Shown here: positions 38,001 to 47,115 of the stretch, in pieces | Layout of the letters: every line of letters starts with the position of its first letter | Position numbering within the stretch: the first letter of the stretch is position 1 | Source: Sphyrna mokarran | Taxonomy: Eukaryota | Direction: 5' to 3' | Length of the DNA: 64,000 bases | Assembly (NCBI GenBank): GCA_024679065.1 | Contig: JAGIQG010000031.1 | Location: 19,778,001-19,842,000, forward strand | The notes under the pieces: generated by a model | Databases searched by the model: none | What the model was told of the DNA's origin: nothing | The model's input: only the letters and a program-made list of their open reading frames with translations | Program-made: the position numbers and the translations under genes

Positions 38001-41000
38001 AATGAGATTAACCTAACCCAATATGACATGGTCCATTTGTTCCCTATCCCCTGACTTCCACAGTACGCCCTACAGAACCCGAGTAGATTGTTGCATGATA
38101 ATATAATCTTTATAAAAAGTGTTAGAGTTTGGTGTTAGTGAAAGTTCCTATTTCCTCGCAGGTCCAGTTCCAAGTGATTATGACTATGTTGAGACTGAAC
38201 CTGTTGACACTCAGGACGGTCATATATCGCTGGGCAGTGTTCCTGAGGATCACTTCACATTGAGAGATGCTGGCGGTGATCTCTGTACACTCGGTGAGTC
38301 GAACCCCTGACATTCCCACAGCCTTACCATTCTTCTATACACGGGACTGTTTGAATTCGATTCCAATCCGCGGAAAATGTTGTTACTACAGTAAATCTAA
38401 ATGCAACAGCAAAGCTATCCATTTACTCTCTACAAATTGGCATTGCCAATGGTCCGTAGCATTAGAGGATAGTGTTTTTTGCAAAATATTTGATTTACTA
38501 TTGTCACATGTATTGGAGTGCAATGAAAAGTATTGTTTCTTACGTGCTATACAGACAAAACATACCGTTCATAGATTACATATAGGAGAAAGAAAGGAAA
38601 AAATGCAGAACACAACGTAGCTATTTGAGATAGAGTGTCGAGAAAAATCGGTTTCACGTGTGGAAGGTTCTTTCAAAAGTCTGATGGCAGCTATCAAGAA
38701 GATGCTCTTACGTTGGCTGGAACGTGTTCCTGATGAAGAGAACATGTCCAGCGTGCTTGGGGTCCTTGAATATGCTGGTTGCTTTCCCGAAGCAGCGGGA
38801 AGTGTAGATGGAGTCAATGGAACGGAGACTAGTTTGCGTGATGGACTGGGCTGTATTCACAACCCATTATAGTTTTCTGCAGTTTTTTTCAGAACAGGAG
38901 CCATACCAAGCTGTTCAATGAAACACTGGGGACACATACTTCAAAAATAAAATCTACAATCACAAGAACTTCCCCCTCAGGTGGTTGATCAACATTGTTG
39001 AACTCACACAGAGTCCTGAAGGATGATGAGCCTCTTTGACTCTTTATGTCAGAAGCTCATGGGTGTCTTCAACTGATCAGCTGCCCCAGCTATTTTCCTC
39101 TCTTCCAGAGACCATTTATTCAAACGTCCTCCAAAGTTACCACTTTTTTGAGTCTCTGACTTGTCTAATGTTCTTGTTTCTCCCATATTTACCCACACAC
39201 TCTCTTTGAACTGAACTGAATCTTGTCAATGAGAACCACCTTTTAGTCCCACGACATCATTGCTATTAAAACCTTAATGACCCAATTATCCTTCCTCCTC
39301 TCAATGCCGTCTGATATTGCAAACAGTTTCTCCTCCCCTTCTAATTTATTTGCTAATCCTTTAAATCCAAAGTTGAAATATTTCATTACCTAAATTTGAG
39401 GTTAAGATGTTGCAGGATTGTCCCCAGTGTTTCATTGAACAGCTTGCTATGGCTCCTGTTCTGAGCAAAACTGCAGTATTGAATTGCCAGTGGCTGCCGT
39501 AACGGCTGAGTTCTGGAGGTGGAATCAGTGTTCATATGGAGGAGAGAAGCTTTCTTACTGCAGTTCTGCTGTATGACAGTTTTAGCTGGCTACTGAGTTA
39601 CATTACAACAGACCAGTTGCTGTGCTTGGTAACTGTCTGGGCTAAAAGATGGTTTGAGATGACCCTCTAAAAAGGCAACGTCCAAAGTTGTGCATATGCG
39701 GTTGATTGGCTATTGTAAATTGGCCCTTCGTGTCATGGGGTGGGGGTGGGGATGCTCGCAGGTTAAATAACTGGTGGTAGGGGAATAGGACCTGAGTGGG
39801 ATTGTTGTCAATGTAGGGTCGATGGGCCAAATGGCCATTCTCTGCACTGTGGGGACTCTATGATGACTAGATTCCTTCACTGTGACTGAATTAACAGACT
39901 GCCTGCCTGTTCAATAGCCACAACTAGATAAAGAACAAAAATCAAACCTTCTGTCCAATTCAATACTGAGCTGAGTGTAGACCTGAAAAACAAATATTTA
40001 TGTTCTACTTACTGACTGCATCTCTCTCCCTGATAACTTTCTGAGCCCGTGCTCTTTGATTGCAACGTTTGGTGTTATACACTGGACCAAGGGATAATCT
40101 TTCCTCAACTGCACCATTGCCCGATTCCACTCTAACCTCAGCTCAATTTGCTTTGAAACCTTCATCCTTGCCTCTGGAACCTGACAAGCCGATTGCTTTT
40201 GGTTAACCAGAAGTGCGTTAGAACATAGTTCGCACCCTCAACCTAGTTCTCACCTTCAACCTAAGGTTATCAAAGCTCTCCTGCCAATACTACTACTCTC
40301 TCCAACTCCTGCTCACCTATCATTGCTATGTTTTCTAACCTACATTGGATGCCACTATTCATTTTAAAATCCACATTCTTCCTTTCATGTCTCACCAACA
40401 CTCATCCTACTTCCTATAATTTTCTCCAGCCCTGCAGTGTTTCTCTGATTCTTGCTTGTTGAACAGGCCTGATTGTAATCGCTATGTTAGTGCTGGCTGC
40501 GAATTCAGTTTTCATTCTTAAAGTTACAAATCCCATGCTCAGAACGGGCAAACCGAAATGCATTTCTTGCTTGCTCCAAGAACCAAATTCGAAATCCAAT
40601 TGAATCCAATTCAAGGTCCCCACAAGGGAGAATAACAAGATCCAAGCTGGCAAGATGAGGCATTTGACCCCATCTTGGGCCGGACGCTTGATCTTAGCCA
40701 AAACATTTCTTTGACTCGCCATCCCTCTTCCCAGTTATAAATCAAATATTGCTTCAAGATAATCCCATAAAAGCTTGAAATACTGAATTATGTTTGCGGT
40801 GCAGTCGAAATATAAGATAATGTTATTGCCTCAATCCCATCGTTAATCCATTATTTGTTTTTCCCCATAGAATACAGTTCTCATCCCAGTTTACCATTGC
40901 CTCCCATGCCTGGAAATGATGAGGATGTTCACCCTGACACGCTCACAGCTCCGGAGTTTCCGCTGCCAGGGAGCAATTACTCTGTAATAACATCTGCATC

Positions 41001-41010
41001 AAACTACTAA
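8047..41010 (+). CDS. Spliced gene for a CD163/WC1/SCART-like group-B SRCR type I membrane receptor; join(8047-8092,17763-17795,18940-19248,19711-20019,20496-20804,22725-22982,25001-25315,28184-28495,30116-30430,31197-31514,31742-32056,32410-32514,33479-33577,37351-37455,38162-38293,40871-41010), ~1139 aa; an extra small exon 2 is possible
   Basis: All listed exons have canonical GT/AG boundaries in phase 1, internal exon lengths divisible by 3 and no stops; one exon per SRCR domain (group B hallmark); TM exon and Tyr-motif tail follow. Confidence 0.85.
8593..8677 (+). CDS. Possible exon 2 completing the signal peptide (FWVYVNSLRADS...); donor uncertain
   Basis: Acceptor ttgtatttcag| is in frame with exon 1; only a weak phase-1 donor (A|gtagat) was found. 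Confidence 0.3.
8830..8965 (-). mobile_element. Penelope-like terminal fragment (mirror ~58165-58300)
   Basis: gaatctgaaaccaaaagagaaaatgctggaaaatctcagca...cagcatctg...gacgtttcga. Confidence 0.55.
10830..11022 (-). mobile_element. Rex1/Babar-like LINE 3' UTR fragment with (AAATC)n tail (mirror ~56045-56245)
   Basis: Same 3' end as the copies at ~23860, ~38490 and ~45390, the last retaining RT C-terminal sequence. Confidence 0.55.
11370..13082 (+). mobile_element. Old, internally deleted CR1 LINE (endonuclease to 3' end)
   Basis: Frameshifted remnants LYLNAHNI, TETWL, DKSPGPGELY.RVLK and VVIFQESL; tail atgggccgaatggc...ttatgtctta. Confidence 0.85.
13480..13735 (-). mobile_element. HE1-related SINE
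   Basis: Reverse complement of tRNA head, ggaggaaacccacgcaga core and aataaact tail. Confidence 0.75.
14300..14650 (-). mobile_element. Deu-type SINE (SacSINE1-like), near full length
   Basis: attcatt...gtgggtatcgctggctgggtcagcatttatt...cccttccctgaaggacat...ccactaagctaccgcc. Confidence 0.75.
15150..16010 (+). mobile_element. Degenerate CR1 fragments
   Basis: CR1-like endonuclease remnants and 3' end (gaatggcggag...gctgaatgg..tactcc). Confidence 0.55.
16150..17075. repeat. GC-rich interspersed repeat(s), probably non-autonomous DNA transposon/MITE-like
   Basis: Termini gcggaatttta...gtaaaaattcgg and gtaaaatagggccc; CpG-rich relative to the surroundings. Confidence 0.4.
17763..17795 (+). CDS. 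33-nt linker micro-exon (xRPGDNQTIQP)
   Basis: cttcttatttcag|...ccag|gtaaag, phase 1-1; conserved in the inverted copy at 48262-48294. Confidence 0.7.
18188..18417 (+). pseudogene. 5'-truncated SRCR pseudo-exon (tandem unit 0)
   Basis: Lacks the first ~25 codons and the native acceptor; fused to a CR1 remnant at ggact; 230 nt is not frame-preserving. Confidence 0.8.
18940..19248 (+). CDS. SRCR domain 1 exon (6 Cys, lacks C2/C7)
   Basis: ttttacag|...tcag|gtaaaa, 309 nt; LRLVNG..RCSGRVEV...GVICS. Confidence 0.9.
19711..20019 (+). CDS. SRCR domain 2 exon (6 Cys, lacks C2/C7)
   Basis: 309 nt, phase 1-1, paralog of domain 1. Confidence 0.9.
20496..20804 (+). CDS. SRCR domain 3 exon (6 Cys, lacks C2/C7)
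   Basis: 309 nt, phase 1-1, more diverged paralog of domain 1. Confidence 0.9.
21305..21645 (+). mobile_element. Deu-type SINE (SacSINE1-like)
   Basis: ggcagatggtggaatttgaatt...aaaacccatc...gatgggcaataaatgctggc. Confidence 0.7.
21870..22180 (+). mobile_element. HE1-type SINE
   Basis: ctcacagcgccagggatctgggttcgattccc head and CR1-like tail. Confidence 0.75.
22303..22590 (+). mobile_element. HE1-related SINE with aataaataaact tail
   Basis: ggtggcacagtg head; tgcgtgggtttcctccgggtgctc core; ttttcacagtaac...aataaact end. Confidence 0.8.
22725..22982 (+). CDS. SRCR domain 4 exon, short (86 codons), lacking the C5-C6 loop
   Basis: ttctcag|GC AGT GCG AAG...tcag|gtacaa; FGEGLGPVIGPPDCGHQQDVGVICS. 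Confidence 0.85.
23855..24080 (-). mobile_element. Rex1/Babar-like LINE 3' fragment
   Basis: ttgaattgatttattgttatcacat...ttcaaaagtctgatgacagcagg. Confidence 0.6.
25001..25315 (+). CDS. SRCR domain 5 exon (8 Cys)
   Basis: attcag|AC CAC AAA GAT CTC AGA CTG...tcag|gtgagt, 315 nt. Confidence 0.92.
25410..26395 (+). mobile_element. Degenerate CR1 fragment (RT to 3' tail)
   Basis: Remnants of LEYCVQFW; tail tgggccgattgccc...ttctataattctatg. Confidence 0.7.
27065..28052. repeat. C-rich interspersed repeat, putative non-autonomous DNA element
   Basis: Abrupt composition shift; ends gggcgtaattt... and ...tgaattttaggcc. Confidence 0.3.
28184..28495 (+). CDS. SRCR domain 6 exon (6 Cys, lacks C2/C7)
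   Basis: tttgtag|AT GAA AAT TGG...tcag|gtgaaa, 312 nt; WGRVQD replaces WGTVCD. Confidence 0.92.
28640..28902 (-). mobile_element. HE1-related SINE
   Basis: gactgtgggaggaaa...cacccggaggaaac...gggattcgaacacaggtccctggcgct. Confidence 0.8.
30116..30430 (+). CDS. SRCR domain 7 exon (canonical 8 Cys)
   Basis: WGSVCDDSW...GPIWLDDLKC...HDCSHKED; acag|...tcag|gtaagg, 315 nt. Confidence 0.95.
31197..31514 (+). CDS. SRCR domain 8 exon (8 Cys)
   Basis: tgacag|AG CAC AAG...tcag|gtaacg, 318 nt. Confidence 0.95.
31742..32056 (+). CDS. SRCR domain 9 exon (8 Cys, membrane-proximal)
   Basis: tttag|GT CAG CGT TTG...tccg|gtaagg, 315 nt. Confidence 0.93.
32410..32514 (+). CDS. Transmembrane exon DANPIPLVVCVTLGVLAILELITLLAVILRKFKRK
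   Basis: Hand translation (absent from the ORF track); ~23 hydrophobic residues then a basic stop-transfer; cag|...aaag|gtgagc, 105 nt. Confidence 0.88.
33479..33577 (+). CDS. Cytoplasmic exon 1 (DTVAHHLASPSASDQGIYAEIENIESDRNSRGS)
   Basis: cctttaacag|...tcag|gtttgt, 99 nt; YAEI motif. Confidence 0.82.
34990..35745 (+). mobile_element. Degenerate CR1 fragments with interspersed SINE remnants
   Basis: aaaccttttaggattaaggtgaggagaaatttcttca and tail ttcttgcttctattttctatg. Confidence 0.55.
36788..37072 (-). mobile_element. HE1-related SINE
   Basis: cattgcaatgaagttactgtga...gaggcagcagtgctaataactgtgccacc. Confidence 0.78.
37351..37455 (+). CDS. Cytoplasmic exon 2 (VSINSLNQMEYYTNRSLSDTESGSENPEGSFSGIQ)
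   Basis: tctttaacag|...caat|gtgggt, 105 nt, phase 1-1. Confidence 0.75.
38162..38293 (+). CDS. Cytoplasmic exon 3 (CPVPSDYDYVETEPVDTQDG...DLCTL)
   Basis: ttcctcgcag|...ctcg|gtgagt, 132 nt; acidic DYDYVE motif. Confidence 0.8.
38488..38915 (-). mobile_element. Rex1/Babar-like LINE 3' fragment
   Basis: Minus strand reads PSTLPAASGKQPAYSRTP (frameshifted DSIYTSRC..KA.SI.KDP.H); 3' UTR shared with the other copies. Confidence 0.65.
38877..39476. repeat. 58-bp inverted repeat pair (38877-38934 / 39419-39476)
   Basis: Direct reverse-complement comparison gives 3 mismatches. Confidence 0.9.
39670..39865 (+). mobile_element. HE1-type SINE 3' half
   Basis: gtccaaag.tgtgca...gattggctat...gatgggccaaatggcc...ctgcactgtgggga. 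Confidence 0.7.
40110..40470 (+). mobile_element. Ancient L2-like LINE fragment
   Basis: Remnants resembling ETLIHAF...SPITPVL.DLHWLP...FKIL. Confidence 0.45.
40871..41010 (+). CDS. Terminal coding exon EYSSHPSLPLPPMPG...PGSNYSVITSASNY*
   Basis: Strong acceptor ttgtttttccccatag|; phase 1; open to TAA at 41008-41010; contains PxxP and SxYxxI motifs. Confidence 0.72.
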
Positions 41011-41786
41011 CAGTGTTATTTTGTTCGCTGTTCCAGTGTTAGCGATGCAGTGGTGAGACCAGTTTGTAACGTCAGGCGAAATGTTAATAGTAGTGAAAAT
41101 TATGAAAAAAAAGTGAACCCAAATGTAGCTATTTCAAGTGGAATATTCTGAGTCTTTAAGAAAAACTCCATTTGATAAGTCGACATGACGGCTGAAATTG
41201 CTTCAATATGAAAGAAAGCATTTCTTCAGCATTTTTGGCGACCATCTGATATCTGAAAACGCTTTACCGCAAAGAGCTGTTGGATTTGTTGTCACAATTG
41301 CAATTTAAGACACGGTCCAGCCAACATGTATGGAGCAAACTCATACAAACAGCAGATAATCTGTTGTGCAACAATTTTGTTTGAATGATAAATTTTGATC
41401 CGTATTCCAGGGATAACACCACAATAATTTCTCTGTTTTCTAGATAGATGCATTTGCATACAGCAGAGCGGGGAGTTAGGCTCTCAATGCAATGTGTCAT
41501 CTGAAAGAACGGCGCTTTTGCCAATGCAGCACTGTCCTTGTTTTTTCATTCAATCCCTGAGATGGGTGCTGAAGCTGGAGACTCAGTGGTGATATTTGCA
41601 CTGAGCGATAGTTAATAATATCCTCACTTTCAACCCTTTCCTTTCAAGTTTAAAAATCAGTAGGATGTAATAGCCGGAAGTATGTAACAGACTCGTAGAA
41701 AGTATTCTGTCAAATTGCACATTAATGATTCCAACTGTGTGAACCTGCTAAATAGGTTTTTCTGCATATGGACTTCACTTTATCTG

Positions 41787-41792
41787 AATAAA
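41787..41792 (+). terminator. Candidate polyadenylation signal AATAAA
   Basis: Canonical hexamer ~780 nt after the stop codon in an AT-rich 3' region. Confidence 0.45.
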
Positions 41793-42864
41793 TTGAGATG
41801 TTACATTGTCAAATAATTATCAAATAATTCATTTCTCGCCATATTTTATTTGAGATCGTGAGCATTCTATTGAATTAATGGCTGAAAATAGAATTTATTT
41901 CACATCATTCTCTGTTTCTAATATATGCTGCAATGCATGGATGAATCAGCTGTGATCAACGTCAAGAACCAGCGCTTTTCAAGGAGTGGTATTTTTGTAA
42001 CCATTTTACGCTTTCGTGTCCCGCTAAAGGATCAAATCCTGCGATGTGTCAATTAATCGATTTGTCTGTTGTGTCGGTATTGACTGGAACTATTCCCTCG
42101 ATCGCAATAGGTTCGCTGTGTAGGCACTGCTGCAGACAATCGATGATGTACAATGTAGCAGAAGTTTATAGATACACATGGCTGATTAAACACATACGCT
42201 TATCCGTATCAATGTCTTCATTCAATCCAGGCATTTTCATCAATTCCGACATCAATCACAATTCTGTTTTACTGCAGTATTTGAGAGTGTGGACAGAATA
42301 ATCTGATCAGAATTAAAATTGTTTTCGCACTTTAGTATGGGCTTTTTATGACAGTTTTTGGCCATTAGTGTGATTGAGGAGAAGTTTGCACCAAGGACTG
42401 TAGTATCGATCACCTCTGAAATACCAGCATCAACCAGCAGAGGGAGACCATTTTTTTAAACGCTGGAACTTCAGCAAAAGCAAATCTGTTCCTTCTCTTT
42501 CGTTAATTTTAAACAGCACTAGACAACTCACAATGACTTCAACTGACTCAGAAAGAACACTTAGCAGTCCAGAGAAAACTAATTTAAAAGATGCTGAGAC
42601 CTTATCTGGTCTCAGAAAAACATTAATGATTCACAGATTCAGGCACAAAAGCACAAGCAGTGAATGGGAGTCTTCAATGCAGCGCCCCATGTGTCAAATG
42701 GAAGTATTGCAAGTCGCAGGATTTCCATTTGGTGGTCTTCCAGCTATTGGACACTATCCCCCACCCATATATTTCTGGGTAAACACAAAGCAGGAAACCC
42801 GTTGTAACTTCTACCACGCTCTAAAAAGACAGAGGAAATATTAGAGACCAGTAATACTGCCGGG

Positions 42865-43210
42865 AAATGAAAGCAAAATGCTGCAGGTGCTCGAAATCTG
42901 AAATGAAAACAGAATACGGTGGGAAAACTATCCCCAGCAGGCCTGACAGCATTTATGCCGAGAGAAGTAGAGTTAAAGTTTGAAGTCCATATGACTTCTT
43001 GGGAGTTAAAGAGAAGGACAACTGTAATGGTTTGTGGAGCAGGTGAAGAAATGTAAATAGACCAGGGATAGGTGAGAGACAGGAAAGACTGGACAAAGGT
43101 GTTTTGGGCCCAAGGCAAAGGAAACGTTAGTAGCAGTGTTACAGACTAAAGAAGTGCTGATGGTGGCATAAAAATCATGGGTAAATAGCAGAACAAATGT
43201 CAGTGCTCTG
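42865..43210 (-). mobile_element. Penelope-like terminal fragment
   Basis: aaagcaaaatgctgcaggtgctcgaaatctgaaatgaaaacagaa...cagcaggcctgacagcat, followed by a purine-rich tract. Confidence 0.5.
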
Positions 43211-43264
43211 TATATTGACTTTGTATTAGCTCTGTTCCCCTTGCCACAGATGTAAACAATTCAT

Positions 43265-45275
43265 TGAAACATAGAAACCAGATGCTGGTGTAGACCATTT
43301 GGACCTTGAAGCCTGCATCACGATTCAATATGATCAGGGCTGATCATGCAGTTTCAGTAATTCAATGTCACTTCCCCTCCATAGGTCCTGATCTCTTTAG
43401 TTATAAGACCCACGTCCAGCTTCCTCTTGAACATATCGTGTCCCAATAGCCCTTGTCGTAAATATTTCCACAGGATCACAACTCTGAATGAAGAAGTTCT
43501 TCCTCACCTCTGTCCTGAATGGCTTCCCTTTATTCTTAGCCTGTGTCCCTAATTCTGCACTTCCCTAACATCAGGAATTCTTACCACATCTCGCCTATCC
43601 AATCCCATCAGAATTTTATATGTTTTTCTGAGATCCCCTTTTTTAAAAATTCCAGTTAGTAGAAATCCAACCGATGCAGACTCTGTTCATATGTCAGCCT
43701 TGCCATTTCAGGAAGCAATCTGGTGAACCTTTGATTGACTGTCTCAATAGCAATATGACCTTCCTCAGAGACAGAGAACACAACTGTGCAATGCTCAAGG
43801 TGTGGCTTCACTAAATCGATATATAACGCAGCAAGACATCCTTACTGCTATATTCAAATCCTCTTGCTAAGAAGGCCAGCATACAGTTAGCTTTCCTCAC
43901 CATCTGCAGTAGCTGGATGCCAACTTCCACCATAACACCCAGGTCATGTTGCACTTCCCCTTTACTTAAACTGCCATCTTTCAGAAAAAAAATTAAGTCA
44001 ACTTTATTTATTTGTGTCACAAGAATACTTACATTAACACTGAAATGAAGTTACTTTGAAAATCCTCCAGTTAGCACATTCTGGCGCCCGTTCAGGTACA
44101 ATGAAGGAGAATTTAGAATAGTCAACTGTGGGTTGAAACTGGAGCACCGGAGGAAACCCACGCAAACACAGAGATATCGTGCAGACTCCACACAGACAGT
44201 GAACCAAACCGGGAATTGAACCCTGGTGCTGTGAGACAGTAGTGTTAACCACTGTGCCACCAATAATAATCTTCCTTCCTGTTTTTGCCATCAAAGTGGA
44301 GAACCACACATTTATCCAGATGATATAGCACTTGCAAGCATTTGCCCACTCAGCCAGCCTGTCCAAGTCATCCTGCAGCCTCTTAGCATCGTCCTCACCA
44401 AACACATACTGCCACCCAACTTAGTGTCATCTGAAATTTGAGATAATGCATTCAAGTCTTCTATCCAAATTGTTAATATACATTGTGAATAACTGGGGTG
44501 ACAGCACTCAGCACTGTGGTGCCCCGTAGCCACTGCCTGCTACTCTGTAAAGAACCCATTTATTTCCATTCTCTGCTTCCTTTCTGCAAGCTAGTTCTCT
44601 ATTCATGTCAATACATTTCTCCAATAACGTGGGCTTTAATTTTGCTCACTATTCTCTTGTATAGGATTTTGTCAGAAGTCTTTTGAAAGCCCAGATACAC
44701 AACATCCACTGAATAACCTTTGTCCACTCAACTGGTCACATCCTCAAAAAATTCCAGATTTTAAGTACGATTCCATGCTGATATGGACCACATCTGTCAC
44801 TGTTTTTTTTCCCCAAATGCTCAGTTATTATATCCTTAATAATTGACTCCAGCATTTTCCCCAGCACCAATGTTAGTCTAACCAGTATATAATTCCCCAG
44901 TTTCTCACTCTTTCCTTTTTAAAATAGTGGAGTTACATTAGCTATCATCCGGTCCTCTGCAAGTCCGGAGTCTATAGAATACTGGAAAAAGATCATCAGT
45001 GCATCCACTATTTCAAGGTCCAATTCCTGGCTTACTCTTGAATGCAGAGCAGCAGAGCCTAGGATTTATCCCAGCAATTTCACCAATATAATTTCCTGAA
45101 TAATAAGTCCTTCCTTCGGTTCCTCCTTCATGCTAAAGCCTTTGTCCTCTAGTATGTTTGGAAGGTTATCTGTGTCCTCCTCAGTGAAAACAGATCCAAA
45201 TGCTTTGTTCAGCTGGTCTGCCATCTCTTCGTTTCCTATTATGAACTCACCAGATTCTACTTTAAGGGACTGCTG
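43265..45275 (-). mobile_element. Degenerate CR1 LINE with a nested HE1-related SINE (~44000-44262)
   Basis: Minus-strand ORF pieces SDDTKLGG, RLQDDLDRLAEWA, RKANCMLAF and EMADQLN..FGSVFT. Confidence 0.85.
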
Positions 45276-45389
45276 CATTTTTCCAGCAATTTCTTTTTCA
45301 GTAATGTGCAGGCTTGATTTATTCTCCCTCAGACATACGCACTGAAGGGTGAGGGGTGGGGGGCGGGCTTAGTCATACACAGCTAATAC

Positions 45390-45755
45390 ATCCTCACTCA
45401 CATCCATTGACTCCATCTACAATTCCTGCCACTTTGAAAAATCAACCAACATAATCAAGGACTCCATGCACTCCAGACATACTCTCTTCCACCTTCTTGC
45501 ATCGGGGAAATGATACAAAAGACTGAGATCACTTACCAACAAACTCAAGAACAGTTCCTTACATGTTGCCAGTAAACATTTGAATGGACCTACTTTATAT
45601 TAAGTTGATTTTTTTTACAGCCGAACTATGACTATAATTTTATATTGTGCATCATCTCCTTTCCTCCTCTACGATTTAGGTATGCTTTTTCTGTATATCA
45701 TGCAAGAAAGAATACTTCTTACTCTATAAATGTGAAAGATAAATAAAATCAAATC
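45390..45755 (+). mobile_element. Rex1/Babar-like LINE 3' end
   Basis: Reads SIDSIYNS...NIIKDSMHSRHTLFHLLASGK.YKRLRSLTNKLKNS; tail aataaaatcaaatc. Confidence 0.7.
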
Positions 45756-46806
45756 ATATCTAGCAGGAAAAATGTCTTGTGAAAATTCCGGTGCACAGCC
45801 TCGACATTCTAAATGCACAATGCAACGGGACTGTTTGGTTTCAGAAGGCAACAGTGAAAGGGGCACTGGAAGAATATAATTTGCTGATTAGACCAGTTTT
45901 TTCCTGGATACATTGCTTTGGAACATCATATCGTAATCTCACCGTTCATTCATGGGCTCTTGGCGCCCTCGTGTGGCAAAATTCTGAAATAACCGTGCAG
46001 GTGCAGATGCACAACATGTCCAGCACCGAAAACAACCTTTGAATGCTGCTGATCCATGCTTCGCACTGGCTTCCTCCTCCTCATTTAACTCTGACGTCTT
46101 CTCCTTATATTCGTCTCTCTCTCTAATTTTCCTTTACATGCATCAATATTTGCTTCCATTACTCTTTGCAGAAAATAAGTCTGTCTTGCAATGGATTGAT
46201 CAGTGGCAATCTTACACTGACGGGCCCGAATTTCGTATTCCATCCGCACCCTCAAGAGGAAACATCTCCTACATATACCCTTCCATAATCTTTTTGAAAA
46301 ACATCTCTATCAGGTCACCTTTCCTTTCTGTAGGACACACCAACAGAAAATACAATGAAACCATTCCAGAAAGTATTGTGGAAAGAACTTGCAATGCAGA
46401 GAGAGTTATAATACTCAATGCCAAACTCAGTGTCTAAAAGACTCACGTAATTTTACAATAAGGCGGAAGAATACTTATTACCAGGTAGCAGTTATACTAA
46501 TACTAAACTAAACCTTCCTATCTTAAAAGGGAGGAAATCGGAGCACCTGGAAGATATGGATCGATTCCAGGCATTTTCCAGTAGGATTGTGTGTGTTTAT
46601 TAAACGTTTACTCATCTGGCCTGTTTTACTTTAAAATTTCTCGGCACGAGCCAGGAAATCAACCTGTCCTTGGGCTCTGACACGACAGCATGTTAAAAAA
46701 GGCTACACCACAGTCACCGTCCCCAATTAATAATAATCCATGATTATTTTACCTCCGCCTTTTCATGAAACTGACGGGAAATGAGAGACTGCAGTAGGAT
46801 TTTTAC

Positions 46807-47115
46807 CTGAGCAGATGACACCGGCAGCTTTGGAGTCTGAATTTGGAGTATAATCAACCCAAGCACAATCCCACAAGGTGGTCTCATACCAGCCGCACCC
46901 AATACTCTTTGGTAGAATTAATCCAGATCCTTCTCCAAAGTGAGCCTTGCCCGGTGCGGAGATCGCCGTCCCGCAGCCCAGATGCCGACACACAACAGCG
47001 GCTTCCCACATGTCCCACAGATAATCCGGGACAGTCCACCACTGACCCTTGTAGTGAACCTCCACTGTCCCAGAACACCGACTGCTCCCATTCACCAGCC
47101 TCAGCATCCGCTCCT
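46807..47115 (-). CDS. SRCR exon of the inverted copy (6 Cys, lacks C2/C7)
   Basis: 309 nt, intact AG/GT, 7 aa differences from domain 1. Confidence 0.7.

Noticed and set aside
8047-41010. Assigning a symbol such as CD163, DMBT1 or WC1
   Set aside because: No CUB/ZP domains (so not DMBT1), and orthology within the CD163 family cannot be fixed without phylogeny and synteny.
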